Source of the DNA: Babesia bigemina
Taxonomy: Eukaryota
Assembly: GCF_000981445.1 (NCBI RefSeq)
Contig: NC_027216.1
Location: 806,001-870,000 of the forward strand
Direction: 5' to 3'
DNA length: 64,000 bases
Positions 47,350 through 58,799 of this stretch are shown piece after piece (within the stretch, counting starts at the first letter, position 1; each line of letters starts with the position of its first letter). The position numbers and the translations under genes are program-made. The notes below the pieces were generated by a model. It searched no databases. It worked only from the letters and a program-made list of their open reading frames with translations, and was not told the origin of the DNA.

Positions 47350-48027
47350 ATGAGCTCGTCGGATTCCTCCGAGAGCCTCGACACCAGCTACTCTGCGGAT
47401 AACTCGGAGATGGACGACAGTGGCGTGGAGGCGGACTACAACCGCCATGACGCGTTTGGATACAGCACCCCTGCTGACCTAGGGTCCTCGATGTACCTGT
47501 TGCTGCGCGTCTTCGAGAGTTCGCGGCTGAGGGAGGAGGGCGAGCTCCACGAGCTGTTGCGCCGCTATTTGACGTCGCTGGTGCAGGAGGGCTTTTTCAA
47601 CATTCGCGTGTACCGCGAGTCTGCCGGCGGCACGCCTCCGCTGTTTATGGTGGACTTCAACAGCTTCAAGGCGTACGACTTCGTGAGGGCGCAGCTGCTG
47701 TCGCGCGACCCGTCGGCATCGGAGATTCTCAACACGTTTTACTTCCACATCTCCAGGTACAACCCGCCGACGGACTCGTACGCGAGCAGGCCGCGGTCGT
47801 ACTTCAGAGTGCCTCGCTACGGGCGTCGGTCCAGTTCGTTTTCGCCTCGGCGCATGCAGCGCAGGCTGTTCTTCGGCTCCAGCAGATACGAGCGCGAGAT
47901 GGTGCCGCAGTACCAGCTGCCGCCGCCGCGCGTAACCGCGTTGTACCAGCCGTCGCCGCCCCCGCAGATGATACCGATGCACATGCCGCCCATGCTGCAC
48001 GCTCCTCCATCGCCTTACATGGGCTAA
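47350..48027 (+). CDS. Hypothetical protein with a degenerate RRM-like domain and RS/Pro-rich tail
   Basis: 225-aa ORF with a beta-alpha-beta-beta-alpha-beta-like pattern (YLLLRVF, GELHELLRRY, NIRVYRE, LFMVDFNS). Confidence 0.6.
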   Translation: MSSSDSSESLDTSYSADNSEMDDSGVEADYNRHDAFGYSTPADLGSSMYLLLRVFESSRLREEGELHELLRRYLTSLVQEGFFNIRVYRESAGGTPPLFMVDFNSFKAYDFVRAQLLSRDPSASEILNTFYFHISRYNPPTDSYASRPRSYFRVPRYGRRSSSFSPRRMQRRLFFGSSRYEREMVPQYQLPPPRVTALYQPSPPPQMIPMHMPPMLHAPPSPYMG

Positions 48028-48174
48028 AATGGCCCAGCATGTCCATGACTCACGCTCGGGTGTGATACGTGATCGCCGCTCGTAGTCTGCCACTATCTCA
48101 CCAGGCATGTAAATAACACAAGTTTAATGTAGATTGCGTTTTACGCGCGTCGGTTGTGCGGTGGTTCGCGACAT

Positions 48175-49177
48175 TCACCAGCCGTATTTCATCTGCGTCT
48201 CGTGCTTCGTCTTGCGCGCTTGCGCCGTGCGCTCCAGCAGCTCGAGCTCCCGCTCCTGCGCATCGGCAGCCAGCCAGCTGATCTGAACGTGAATTGCGAG
48301 TATTGCGGAGTGGCTCCCAACCTGATGCTTGCGCTTTGACGTCTTGCGCATAACGTTGGTGGTCAAAACGTGCCCGTCGTCAGTTTCCAGTCGGCGCGCA
48401 GGCGCCTGGAACGTGGCGCGCCCCTCCAGCAGCGCCGCCTTCGACGTTGAGTAGCGCGCGCTCTTCTCGCTGCACAGCCGTTGAAACGCATCATAGCTGA
48501 CAAAACCCACTTCTGTCCCATGCGCAGGTCGTCTGCTTTGATCTCGGTCACGCGGATGTCGCTGCCGAACCACTGCGTCGCCATGATAATGCGGGAGTAA
48601 CGTCTGCACTCACATCGCGCTGTTTCGGCGGTTTGATGTTGCTTCCGCTGTGGATCATGTTGAAGCACTGCATGATCTCCATCGTGTCCATTGACCCCTT
48701 TTGCCCGGCGGCCGGCCGAGCACGCTCCGGCTGCGCCTCTGTAGAACCGGCTTGGCTGTCGTCGTGCCATGGGTCGTTGCCTGCGGGCGCCTCTAGCTCA
48801 CGCAGGTCCTCCTCCGACAACTGCGGCGGGTTTATGCGAACGATCGCGGCCCTGCTGTAGTCCTCCGCTTGCCTGGCGGTCGTGAACGAGAACAGCGGCT
48901 CCGGGGCACCTCGCGGCGCTGGTGAGTCGTCGTCCAACGACGCTCGATCTGGGCTACCTTCCTCATCTATACGGGGCGTATCAGCTTCGTTATCCTCATC
49001 GACACTGTCTTCGTCGTCAGCGTTTGCGATATTGTCGTTCTTCCGTTCGGAGGATGTGGACGATGCGTTTAGGTCAACGTGGTTGTTAGAATCTCCAACG
49101 GCAGCGCCCGCATCCTTTTGCGAGCTCTCCTCGTCGCTGCTGCTATCTTCGTTGAGTGCTGAGCGTAACCAATCCAT
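48175..49177 (-). CDS. PRCC-family spliceosome-associated protein, 4 exons
   Basis: C-terminus KRKHQISWLAADAQERELELLE..ETQMKYGW matches the PRCC C-terminal motif. Acidic N-terminus. Confidence 0.8.
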
Positions 49178-49251
49178 TGTGTCGGTTCCGGGCGGAGCAC
49201 CGTGCTCCCGCTCTGCGCTGCGCGGCGGATGTGTGGAGTCACTTCCCGCTA

Positions 49252-51849
49252 ATGGGAGTATATCGCACCCTTGCGCTCTGTACCGTCATAAGCAATGTAG
49301 CGTGGTCCTTTGAGCACCGCGCTCATGGCGGCGGTGCTGCGTGCTTCGCCCTCTACGCCGGGAGGCGCGGCGCCAGGTGCTCGCGGCGCTCTCCCCTGTC
49401 GCCGGATCAGCGGTCTCGCATCGCGGAGCTTGAGCGTGAGTTGGCGTCTGAGATGCCCGCTGACAAACCTTCGCCGGCTGACGAGCTGCATTTCGACCGG
49501 AATTTGGGCTCTTCGTACGGCGCAAGACACCTGGGCCGTGACGCTGAGATTCTGCTGGATGAGCTGATGCGCGACTCCGATCATTGCGGCGATCCACCCA
49601 CCTCTCTAGGCGCAAACAAACGTGACGCCATCGACGTGGCCGAACCCAAACTCAACGAAACAGGAACGCGGAATGGCCCGTCTCCACAGCTGAGGGTGGT
49701 CAAAGAGCGGGCATGTAAACGTGGATCACGGGATTCCGGACTCTCGAAAGAGGAACGACACAAACGCACGGCTGCCAATCATGCTGGCCGCGGAATTGGG
49801 TCACCTGAAGGTCCTTTTCACGCTGCGTCTGGTGCTGTGGAAGACGCGCTGGGAAGCGTTGATGCCACCGCCCGAGCCGCGTCCGGTGCGGAACCACACG
49901 ACCGCACCTCCGTGGGCGACCTTTCGAACAGCGACTCCATCGAAAACGTGCTGATGGAATCCGTACGGGCCGCTGAGCGGTGGGAGAGCGACGAACACCG
50001 GTTCCGCAACAAGGTGGCGGAAGTGCCGGACAACATCACCGACAAAGAGATGCTGCGTATGGCTGAGCTGGCCGAGATGGAGGAGAACCAGGAGGGCCCC
50101 ACCATGAGGCAGCTGCTGAAAAAGCTAAACGAGGCGCCGGCTTCGAAGGCACCCGCTGCGCACTGGCAGGGGCTGGTGCAGCGGTTCGACATCGACGCCG
50201 ACACGTCCCACTGCGTCGGGTGCGGCATCCGCCTGCAGAGCGGCAGCGCGGCACATCCGGGCTTCGTGGAACCGGCTGCGCTGAGCGGCGTGCTCGAGGC
50301 GAAGGGCAGGCCGCGCTGCCAGCGCTGCTCCAGCATGCGGAGCGGCCTCATCTTCCGCGACCCGGCGATCGCCCTGGGCGACAGCGCCACCGCCGCCGCG
50401 CGTGAGACCGTGGCCATCGTGCGCAACGCGCTTGCGCTCAGCGCCACGCGGCACGTCACCGTGGCGTACATGATGGACGCCCTGGACATCCACTTCGAGC
50501 GCGGCCTCGCCGACCTCATCGTGGCGAGGCGCGGCCAGCGCAGGGCCGAAACCCACTTCTACGTGGTGCTGAACAAGGTGGACCTGCTTCCGCCGCACAG
50601 CCGCAAGCGGCTGATAATGTACGTGCACCGGTTCGTGCAGAGTCGCGCGCCCGCTCTGCGTGTGAAGCCCAGGCACATCTTCCTGATGAGCGCCCGCACC
50701 GGCGACGGCGTCAACCTGTTCCTGAGCGTGCTTCTGGACGAGGCGTACCGCAAGCGCAGCAAGGTCTTCTTCGTGGGCGCTACCAACACCGGTAAGTCCA
50801 CGTTCATCAACCGCCTCTCCCGGTTCGTCGACGCTGAGGAAGGCGGGGATTCCGGCGCAGGTGCTACGCCCCCTAAGCGGCAGCTGCTGTCGACTAGCGT
50901 GATACCCGGCACCACGCTACGGCCGCTGCGCATCGACGCAGGCCCGGGCTTCAACCTGTTCGACACTCCGGGCATCGTGGTCCCCGACGCGTTCACTTCG
51001 CACATAACCTCGTCCGAACTCAAGATCGCGGTCCCCGCTTCGCTCGGTCCGGCGAAGCCGCTGAGGATTGGTGCCGGCCAGTCGCTACTGCTGGGCCAGT
51101 TCGTGCGCATCGACGTGCTGGAAGGGCGCCCTTTTTTCTTCACGCCGTACCTCTCGAAGCACGTCAATGTCGTGGTGAAGCGCACCCGCAACGTGGGCGA
51201 CTTCCTGGCGAAACTGCCCTTCGGGGACGGTCGCGTGTTCTACGCAACTGGGTCGCCGGCTGCCAGCTCCCTGATGCCGGGTATCTCCTGGGGCTCCGAA
51301 GCTCGACCTGGTGCCGCAAAAAACACGTCTGACAACGAAGCCGGTGTCTACAACCTCGCCACCGGCAGCGACACTCAGTGGAACCCACCCAGCGCCGACG
51401 GCCACCCGGCCGCTCCAACGCCAGAGGCTGAGCCGAACGCCGAGCCGGCAGCGTCAAAGCCGCCAACCGACGTCGACACATGCAACCACCACACAGTGAA
51501 CGCCACGGGAACACTCAACGCACAGGGGGAGATCGACACTACAACTAATTACGTTCGGACTTTCTCTGACGGCGGCGATGCCGTTGGTCGCGGCTGCAAG
51601 GAGACACCGCCAACGACGTCTTTCGAAGTCAGCGTGATCGGTGAGGGTTGGGAGCGCGCGACAGCGGACCTGTGCATCAAGGGGCTGGGCTTCGTGAGCC
51701 TCGCGGGTGCTCTGGAGCTGCGTCTGCGCGTCGAGACGCTGGAGGGGGTCTCCGTGTACATGCGCGAGCCGCTGATGGCCTACGACGGCATCCCGTTCGC
51801 GCGTAAACGTCTGCCCACCAAAGCGCCCAAACGGCGCGCCGGCAGCTGA
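49252..51849 (+). CDS. Circularly permuted GTPase, YqeH/NOA1 family, probably apicoplast-targeted
   Basis: Signal peptide plus basic transit-like leader. CVGC..CQRC Zn site, then G4 NKVD, G5 SAR, G1 GATNTGKS and G3 DTPG in permuted order. Confidence 0.88.
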   Translation: MGVYRTLALCTVISNVAWSFEHRAHGGGAACFALYAGRRGARCSRRSPLSPDQRSRIAELERELASEMPADKPSPADELHFDRNLGSSYGARHLGRDAEILLDELMRDSDHCGDPPTSLGANKRDAIDVAEPKLNETGTRNGPSPQLRVVKERACKRGSRDSGLSKEERHKRTAANHAGRGIGSPEGPFHAASGAVEDALGSVDATARAASGAEPHDRTSVGDLSNSDSIENVLMESVRAAERWESDEHRFRNKVAEVPDNITDKEMLRMAELAEMEENQEGPTMRQLLKKLNEAPASKAPAAHWQGLVQRFDIDADTSHCVGCGIRLQSGSAAHPGFVEPAALSGVLEAKGRPRCQRCSSMRSGLIFRDPAIALGDSATAAARETVAIVRNALALSATRHVTVAYMMDALDIHFERGLADLIVARRGQRRAETHFYVVLNKVDLLPPHSRKRLIMYVHRFVQSRAPALRVKPRHIFLMSARTGDGVNLFLSVLLDEAYRKRSKVFFVGATNTGKSTFINRLSRFVDAEEGGDSGAGATPPKRQLLSTSVIPGTTLRPLRIDAGPGFNLFDTPGIVVPDAFTSHITSSELKIAVPASLGPAKPLRIGAGQSLLLGQFVRIDVLEGRPFFFTPYLSKHVNVVVKRTRNVGDFLAKLPFGDGRVFYATGSPAASSLMPGISWGSEARPGAAKNTSDNEAGVYNLATGSDTQWNPPSADGHPAAPTPEAEPNAEPAASKPPTDVDTCNHHTVNATGTLNAQGEIDTTTNYVRTFSDGGDAVGRGCKETPPTTSFEVSVIGEGWERATADLCIKGLGFVSLAGALELRLRVETLEGVSVYMREPLMAYDGIPFARKRLPTKAPKRRAGS

Positions 51850-52011
51850 TAGCGCTCGGCTCGAACCCGTGGTTCAGCCGCCGCCGGTGGCCACGTCGCC
51901 CCGCGAAAGGGCGCGCGGCCCAGCAACTGACGCAACGTATCCTCCGTCAATTTCACACCCAACTAAGATTCACATAGAACGCGGTCATGAGTCGCGACCT
52001 GGAAGCGTCTC

Positions 52012-52725
52012 TCAGTCCTGCTTGCGGGCGCTGATCTTGGTGGGCTTTCCGACGGGGGTGGTCGTGGTCGACTTGCTGAGCAGGATCACGCAGCAGATCA
52101 TGCCGATCACGAGTCCGAAGAGCAGCGAGAAGCTGGAGACGATAAAGAACCCCCTGAAGGCGACGTCGTAGATGCGCTGTGCCTCCTGCACGCCGGTGAT
52201 CATGAAGTCCACGAGCATGCCGAGGCGCGTCAGCGGCGCCGGTACGACGGTAGAGATGGTCTTCTGGTACTCCGAGGTGGCGAAAGCCGCCAGGCGCTCG
52301 GTGGTGCGCTCGCCGCCCTTGTAGACGTACATGCGCCCCTTGTCTATGAGGATGAGGGTCGGGTACCCCTTGATGCCGAAGCGCTTGGCTACGTTGGGGC
52401 TGCGCGTGGCGTCGAGGTCCGCGACGTTGACGACGCCCTTGAGCTCGCGTGCGAGGCGCTCCCACGCGGGGGCCATGTGGCGGCAGTGCGAGCACCAGGG
52501 GGCGTAGAACTTGACGAACCACGGACCTGCTGTGTGTAAGCCGCTGCCAGCCGTGAACGCACCTGTGGTGGATCCGGTCGTTGCCTGCGTGAGCTTTTCG
52601 AAGTTTGAGTCCGTGAGCTGGACGACGCTGCTGGCGTCGGTCTCGACGTGGAGGTCTGACGCGTTCTCCGCGCAGACGGCTATCGCCGCGCCGAGGCAGG
52701 CGACAATCGCGGTAAAGGCCTTCAT
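52012..52725 (-). CDS. Membrane-anchored thioredoxin/PDI-like protein, 2 exons
   Basis: Signal peptide, WFVKFYAPWCSHC, GYPTL and a C-terminal TM. In-frame intron 52527..52562. Confidence 0.9.
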   Translation of the reverse strand: MKAFTAIVACLGAAIAVCAENASDLHVETDASSVVQLTDSNFEKLTQATTGSTTGAFTAGSGLHTAGPWFVKFYAPWCSHCRHMAPAWERLARELKGVVNVADLDATRSPNVAKRFGIKGYPTLILIDKGRMYVYKGGERTTERLAAFATSEYQKTISTVVPAPLTRLGMLVDFMITGVQEAQRIYDVAFRGFFIVSSFSLLFGLVIGMICCVILLSKSTTTTPVGKPTKISARKQD

Positions 52726-52922
52726 CGTTGCTGTTTTTGATAATTTCGCAGTATCAAGTTGTGAGCTGGATCGCGGTTCACGACGGTGTGTGTGGTTCGG
52801 CGCCGGACGTGGTAGGCGCCCCGGTCACGCCGCGCAGCGCGGAATACCGCGCAATCCCCACCCGGGGGAGACGGCTCTCGCCAGCACGTTACGAAAGTAC
52901 TAGAACATATAGACGACAGTTG

Positions 52923-55016
52923 TTATATGCCGCCGCGTTTGCGGCGCGTGAACTCCTCCATCGAGTAGACATGTGTGTCCGTCTCGGGCGACCTGGATAG
53001 CGTCGCCTTCGAGAAGGCTGGCCCAGCGAGCAGCGGCGAGTCCCGCATGGCCATTGCGTGCGTCTTCTTGTCGAATGGCAGCGCTCTGCCATCGCCGTCG
53101 GCGTATTGCCGTCCGAACACCTGCCGCCGGTGCGAGAACGCGTCCTCGTACATCACGGAGTTCTTCGTGCCAACCAACACATCCTCCGGGAAGGTCGGCC
53201 GGAACACGCTGAGGCGCGGTATGGTCTCTCCGCCGTACCCGTCGTTTCGGCGGAACGAGATCGCCCTGGGGGGCCTCGCGTGGGCAGTGACCATGTTGTC
53301 GCCCCCGGACAGAATCTCGGCCAGCGTCTGCCCCTGCCAGTTTTGGGAGCGCAGCGCTGAGCTGGACAGCGCGTAAACCACCGTCATGCGGCCGCTCTGC
53401 GCTCCTCGGGTGCTGGCCACCTTGTGGTCGATGTCGAAATCCTCCGGCTCCTGGAATATTTCGAGGCTGATCTCGACCCACTTGACCGCCAGGAAGACCT
53501 CGACGCTGCTGCTTCCGGTGGCCATGAACTTGATCCCGGCAGCCTTGAGGTGCGGTCTCGGGGGCTCCAAGGTGTGTATGCAGCGCATCTTCGGATAGCT
53601 GTACACGTTCACTGCGGAACGGTCGCTTACAATGATGGCAATGAGGGACGATTGCGGCTCCAGCGCAAAGTCCGCCACTTCCACGTTGTTTGCCGAGCTG
53701 CGTGGGTCGCGACCGTCGGCTGCGATCGTGGCGTCAGCTGGATCCGAAGTGGCACTCGGTACCCTGGGTCCCAGCCGGCCACCCGCCTCCCTCACGGGGA
53801 ACTCCACAACGGAGAGGTCCGGCATGGCGGTCTTGTCCCACCGCAGCTGCAGCACCTGGTGCGACCCGTGCATTTTGAGGAACATCAGCCCGCGTCCGTC
53901 GTACTGCATCCGGCTAATCCAGCTGGTCAGCCCCGCGTCCCTGGGCGTCGAGTCCGCCAATATGTACTGCGTTATCCGCTGCCAGTAGCCCATTTCCGAC
54001 CTCCTCGATAGCCACAGCTGGCCGTTGTCCGATAGGCTCATAATCTCGTGCGCGTTCAGCCACTCGGCCGCCAGCACCCGCGCGCCTGTGGCGGACCAAA
54101 AGTCGGCGCTCGAGCCGTCGACCAGCTTGATGGCCGAGAGCGAGGACCCCGTCCACTCCATCAAGTACATGTCATCCACGGTCAGTACCACCGCGATTTC
54201 TCCGCAGGGGCTGAATGAGCAGAAGAAAGGGTACGAGGGCAGCTTGCACTGCGCAACGGCCTCACAGAGCGCCTCGCGCAGGTCCGCCATGCACACGCTT
54301 TCCTTCCAGATCTCCACGACCCCCGTCGAGTAGCCCACCATTAGCGTCACTCCCAAGCCCGGCATCGGGTCGGCCGACACGCAGGTGACGAACTCCGCGC
54401 CGTCAGAGAGCCTGTCGTCGAAGCCGAGTGCATGCGACGTCACGGCCGCATCGGGTCCGCATCCGTCGATGCGCGTCAGCTGCAGCAGCGCGCGGTGCGC
54501 CACGTGGTTGAACGAGATGTTGATTGACCCGCGATCCAGCGCCGCTGCGATCAGCAGCTCCTGGGAGGCGTTCGGGGCGCCCACAGCCATGCCGTGGGCG
54601 AAGAAGCCGTACTTGAAGACCATGGCCTTGCTGCCGAGCTCCCGTCGGCGGTCCTCCGATATAGTTGCGATGGCGTACCGCGCCAGTGCCGACGAGGTCG
54701 CGCGGCACACGCGGTAGGCGTAGACAATGATGATGCCGAGCGAGCTTGCGATCCTGCGCGCGCAGGTGTGCATCGACACCAGCGCCGGCCGCTCCGCCGC
54801 GAAGTAGTAGGACTCTACCAGCGCGTGCAGCTCACCCAGCAGCCGTCCGATGGGCCCGCAGAGCCGCGTGACTGCGTGGAATCCTCGCGAGGCGCAGAGG
54901 CGCGACTGCAGCTGCGGGGGGACGCCGAGTTGTCGCCGCCGCCCATCGTGGAGCTGCACGAAAGCGTCGGCGCTCCCCGACGGCTCCTGTATCACCGCAT
55001 GGACTGCGCACTCCAT
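52923..55016 (-). CDS. Hypothetical protein with WD40/beta-propeller-like segments, 697 aa
   Basis: Long ORF with GC3 bias and WD-like strands (LMVGYSTGVVEIWK, CSFSPCGEIAVV, SLSDNGQLWL). Confidence 0.65.
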   Translation of the reverse strand: MECAVHAVIQEPSGSADAFVQLHDGRRRQLGVPPQLQSRLCASRGFHAVTRLCGPIGRLLGELHALVESYYFAAERPALVSMHTCARRIASSLGIIIVYAYRVCRATSSALARYAIATISEDRRRELGSKAMVFKYGFFAHGMAVGAPNASQELLIAAALDRGSINISFNHVAHRALLQLTRIDGCGPDAAVTSHALGFDDRLSDGAEFVTCVSADPMPGLGVTLMVGYSTGVVEIWKESVCMADLREALCEAVAQCKLPSYPFFCSFSPCGEIAVVLTVDDMYLMEWTGSSLSAIKLVDGSSADFWSATGARVLAAEWLNAHEIMSLSDNGQLWLSRRSEMGYWQRITQYILADSTPRDAGLTSWISRMQYDGRGLMFLKMHGSHQVLQLRWDKTAMPDLSVVEFPVREAGGRLGPRVPSATSDPADATIAADGRDPRSSANNVEVADFALEPQSSLIAIIVSDRSAVNVYSYPKMRCIHTLEPPRPHLKAAGIKFMATGSSSVEVFLAVKWVEISLEIFQEPEDFDIDHKVASTRGAQSGRMTVVYALSSSALRSQNWQGQTLAEILSGGDNMVTAHARPPRAISFRRNDGYGGETIPRLSVFRPTFPEDVLVGTKNSVMYEDAFSHRRQVFGRQYADGDGRALPFDKKTHAMAMRDSPLLAGPAFSKATLSRSPETDTHVYSMEEFTRRKRGGI

Positions 55017-55349
55017 CTACACATCCAACGGTTTTACGGTTTGGCTCCCTGGCATGACGGCGCTGACCCACAGCCACATCCGGGCTTCATTCGAGCTTAG
55101 CGCGTCGCGGGTGAATTGCCGGTATATGTGCGCTCAATTTCCCGCCTCTGTCGCTGTGATCATGAACTCGACGCGCGGCCGTCTGCGACGTTGTGTGGGG
55201 ACCGGCTTTTTGCCGTTAGGAAGCGGCTCGTTCCGGCGTTTGCTCGCGTGCCACTGTTACACACCGCGCGTGTTGGTCGAGCGCCATAGTAGCGTGAGGT
55301 TTTCGCAGCCATCGAACGCCGTCCACCGCCATTTTGCGCCCACGTCACG

Positions 55350-56435
55350 ATGTTCGAGTGCCGGCTGGATGGCATGTTCCTCCGCCGCCTCTTCGAGGCG
55401 CTGCGTGAAATCTGCAACGACATCAGCATCGACTGCTCCGAGGAAGGCCTGACGATGCAGGCGATGGACAACAGCCACATTTCGCTGATCCACCTCTGTC
55501 TAGCTCCGGACTTCTTCCAGCTCTACCGCTGCGACACACCCTGCACCCTCGGCATCAACATATCGTTTATGCTCAAGATTCTCGCGGTGGTGCGCGAGAA
55601 GAGCACGATATACCTCGCCAGGGGCGACGACAGCGACGATCCGGTGCTCTCCGTGCGCATTGTCGACCCTGCTGGCGCGGGCGCCTATGAAGGTGAGTTG
55701 TCGGCCATACCCGGCCTATTTTCACGTTTTCTGAGTGTTTTATTTGGCGCGTTACTGGCGTGGCGACACAGTTTCGCCACGCCGCTCGCAATGTGTCTGA
55801 AGGAATCTTTGTCCGCCGCGTCACTTCGCCGGTGGCGCGGCCGAAGGTGTCTGCTGGAGCGGTTCAGGTGACGTGTGCCCATAAAGGCGGTATGTATCCG
55901 CTTCCGTACTACGTGGGTATTGTGTTGTTGCTTTCTATTGATTTTGCATTGCCCTGGCTCTCACATTCCCGCAGACGTGGAGAACGAGGCCCTCGAGGCT
56001 CAGGTCAAGCTGATCGACGTCGAACGCGAGCACCTCGACATCCCCAACTGCGAGTACACCTGCCAGTGCGTCATGAACTCGAAGCGGTTCCAGGAGTTCG
56101 CGAAGTACCTGCACTCCATTGGTGACACCGTGACCATCTCCATGAACAAGGAGGTCATAAAGATGGAGGCCGAGGGCGACGGCATCAAGGCTTCGAAGTG
56201 CTTCCACAACGGCGTGGGCGAGGTGCGCGTGACGTCGTCGGAACCGCTGTCTCAAATGTTCGCGACGCGCTACTTGGTGCTGTTCTCCAAGGCGACGTCG
56301 CTGGCCCAGGAGGTGTCCATCAACCTTTCCGCAGGCATCCCGCTGAGCGTGAAGTTCAACTTCGCGGACCCGATGGCCATGAACGACGGCGACTCATTCA
56401 TCAACTTCTACCTGGCACCCAACATCGAAGACTGA
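55350..56435 (+). CDS. PCNA2: Proliferating cell nuclear antigen 2, 2 exons
   Basis: MFECRLDG.. start typical of apicomplexan PCNA2, QAMDNSHISL and FYLAPNIE. Intron 55693..55974. Confidence 0.9.
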
Positions 56436-56836
56436 GTGACGCGGTCGTTGTGGCTGCCGGAGGCGCGCATCGCCGCCAGCCCGTTTTACTGGACCCAATT
56501 ACACTCGACTGAAAACTTTATCGCACTGATGTTTTACGTTATGCGCTAACAATTTACACATCGCCGGTACACATCCAGCTTCGCCGTTGCGCTTCGGGGC
56601 CTCCCTGCGCGGATTCCAGGGCTAAGACGTCGGCAGGCGTCCACTGACTGGCGTCTTCCACTGGATTAACGCCAGCCTGCGTGCCCGGCGGGAGCTAAAT
56701 TCGGGGATCGCCCACCGGTGTGGCGTCTACGCAGGTGTACAAATGGCAGCGCACCGCGACATGTGCCGGCTGCGTCTGATATCGCGGCAACTGCAAAGCA
56801 TCTGAGACATGCTTGCGTACAAAAAAGATAGGCACG

Positions 56837-58721
56837 ATGTCGGATGAATCGCCGACAACCACGGGCCCGGTTCGCGTCGGCCAGAGGGTCATCTTAGGCG
56901 GCAACATCGCCACTGTGCGGTGGCGCGGCCTGGCACCGGCGAAACATTGCTGGAAGCCGTCCGACAGGCGCAGCTTCCATTGCGTCGTTGCTAACGGGGA
57001 GCCTGAGGACGCCCCGCCTGAGGAAACTGAGGAGGAGCAGGCGGAGCTGCTGGGTGTGGAGTGGGACAACTGGCGCGTCGGCACGCACAACGGGACCGTC
57101 GACGGCGTGTTCTACTTCGAGCCGGAGCGCATGAGGCGCTGCGAGAAGGTGATGCAGGCCGTGCAGCACGTCTACAGCGGCCACGATGAGCCGTGGCTGC
57201 GGGAGAATGCCGCCGCGTACGCCCTGCGCACCACGATTGACAACTTCGAGAACAGGTCGTGCTCGTTCGTGCGCGAGTGCGACGTGCAGCTTGGCGTGCC
57301 CATGGAGCGGGCTGTGCACAACAGGTACATCACGGACGACCCGACGGGCGAATCGTCGAGCCCGCACGGGAAGGGGCGCATCGGGCACGAGTTCGTGGGC
57401 AGGGACGAGGCGCTGGAGTTCTTCAGCCACACCGCCAACCTGCTGATGCTGGGGCTGCAGGACTGCCGCATCGACCGGCTGGGCGACTGCACCAGGTACG
57501 CGTTCCCCAGGGTCCGCGAAGCGCATCTACCCAACAACCTGATATCCGACTGGGACGTCGTGAGGGGGCTGCTGGCCATGCTGCCGCGCGTCGACACGCT
57601 CGACCTGTCGGGCAACATGCTGGTCTTCAACGACGAGAAGCCGCTCGAGTCGTCCACCCTGGCGACCGTGGTCCTGAACAACACCATGCTCGACTTTGGG
57701 AACGTTGCGAGGCTGCTCAGCACCGTCAAGGGCCTCAAGTCGCTGTCGCTCTGCCGCAACATGTACGTCGAGCTGCCGACCCTGGAGCCGCTGCAGAGCC
57801 TGAGGTCGCTCGACCTCACCGAGAATTCCGTGTGGAACTGGTTCTACGTGCTGCGGCTCGTCAAATCTGCGCCCACGCTCACGAGGCTCATCATCACGAA
57901 AAACCGGCTGTCCAACCTGTGCGTCGACCCGGAGACCGGCAGCCCGCTGTCCCTGTACCGAGCCGCGCTGCTCATCGGCAAGGACCGGCCTGAGCCCCTC
58001 AAAGCTTTTGCGGCACTCGACGAGCTGCACATGGAGGAAAACTACGTGCACGACTGGCAGGTCGTGTCAGACCTGGCCGTCGTGTTCCCCCGCCTGAGGG
58101 TGCTGCGCCTCAGGCTGTGCTTGCTCCACAAGGAGGCGACGCAGGCGGAGGAGAGCGTCCACCGGCAGGTGCTGATTGCCATCTTCCCGGAGCTCAAGGT
58201 GCTGAATGGCACTGAGGTCACCAAGTACGACCGCATAAACGCCGAGCGGTACTACCTCAGCCTGGAGCACGCCAACAGCACGCCGTTCAAGAGCACCAAC
58301 ACCCACGAAGCTCTCGACGAGCCTCACAGCTCGCGTCTCGAAGAGATCCACGGCAAGCGCGATGTCCCGCCCCCCAAGGAGGGCGTGTTCGTGTCTCCGG
58401 GTCTGCGCATGATCACCGTCAAGCTGGTGCCTGACGGCGACTCCGACAGCTACCTGAAGCCCGTCGTGACGCGGTCGATCCCGCTTTGCACCACGGTGCT
58501 GGAACTCAAGGTCATCTGCTGCGAGGTGTACGGCCTCACGCTGTCGGACGTGGTCCTCATCTACAACAGCGGGGTAAGCGAGCATGTAGCACGTTGCGTC
58601 TCACGTCGCGCAGGACATGCCCATCAGCGAGCGCATGGACAACGACGAGGCCGAGATCCAGTACTACGGCGTCGACGACGGCTACAGCATCCGGATCCAG
58701 TCGCGCAGGCTGAACCGCTGA
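56837..58721 (+). CDS. TBCE: Tubulin-specific chaperone E (CAP-Gly, LRR, UBL), 2 exons
   Basis: LGVEWD..GTHNGTVDGVFYF CAP-Gly, several LxxLDLxxN repeats, and a C-terminal UBL completed after intron 58574..58613. Confidence 0.88.
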
Positions 58722-58799
58722 GCACGCCGCCCTGGGGACGCGCGGGACTCCGCGGCTGCCGCCGGGTCCCGCGCCCCTGTGTCACACTAGCCATTTTAA

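Noticed and set aside
51855..51875. GGTTCGAG (minus strand) tRNA-like motif
   Set aside because: No acceptor, D or anticodon stems could be built.
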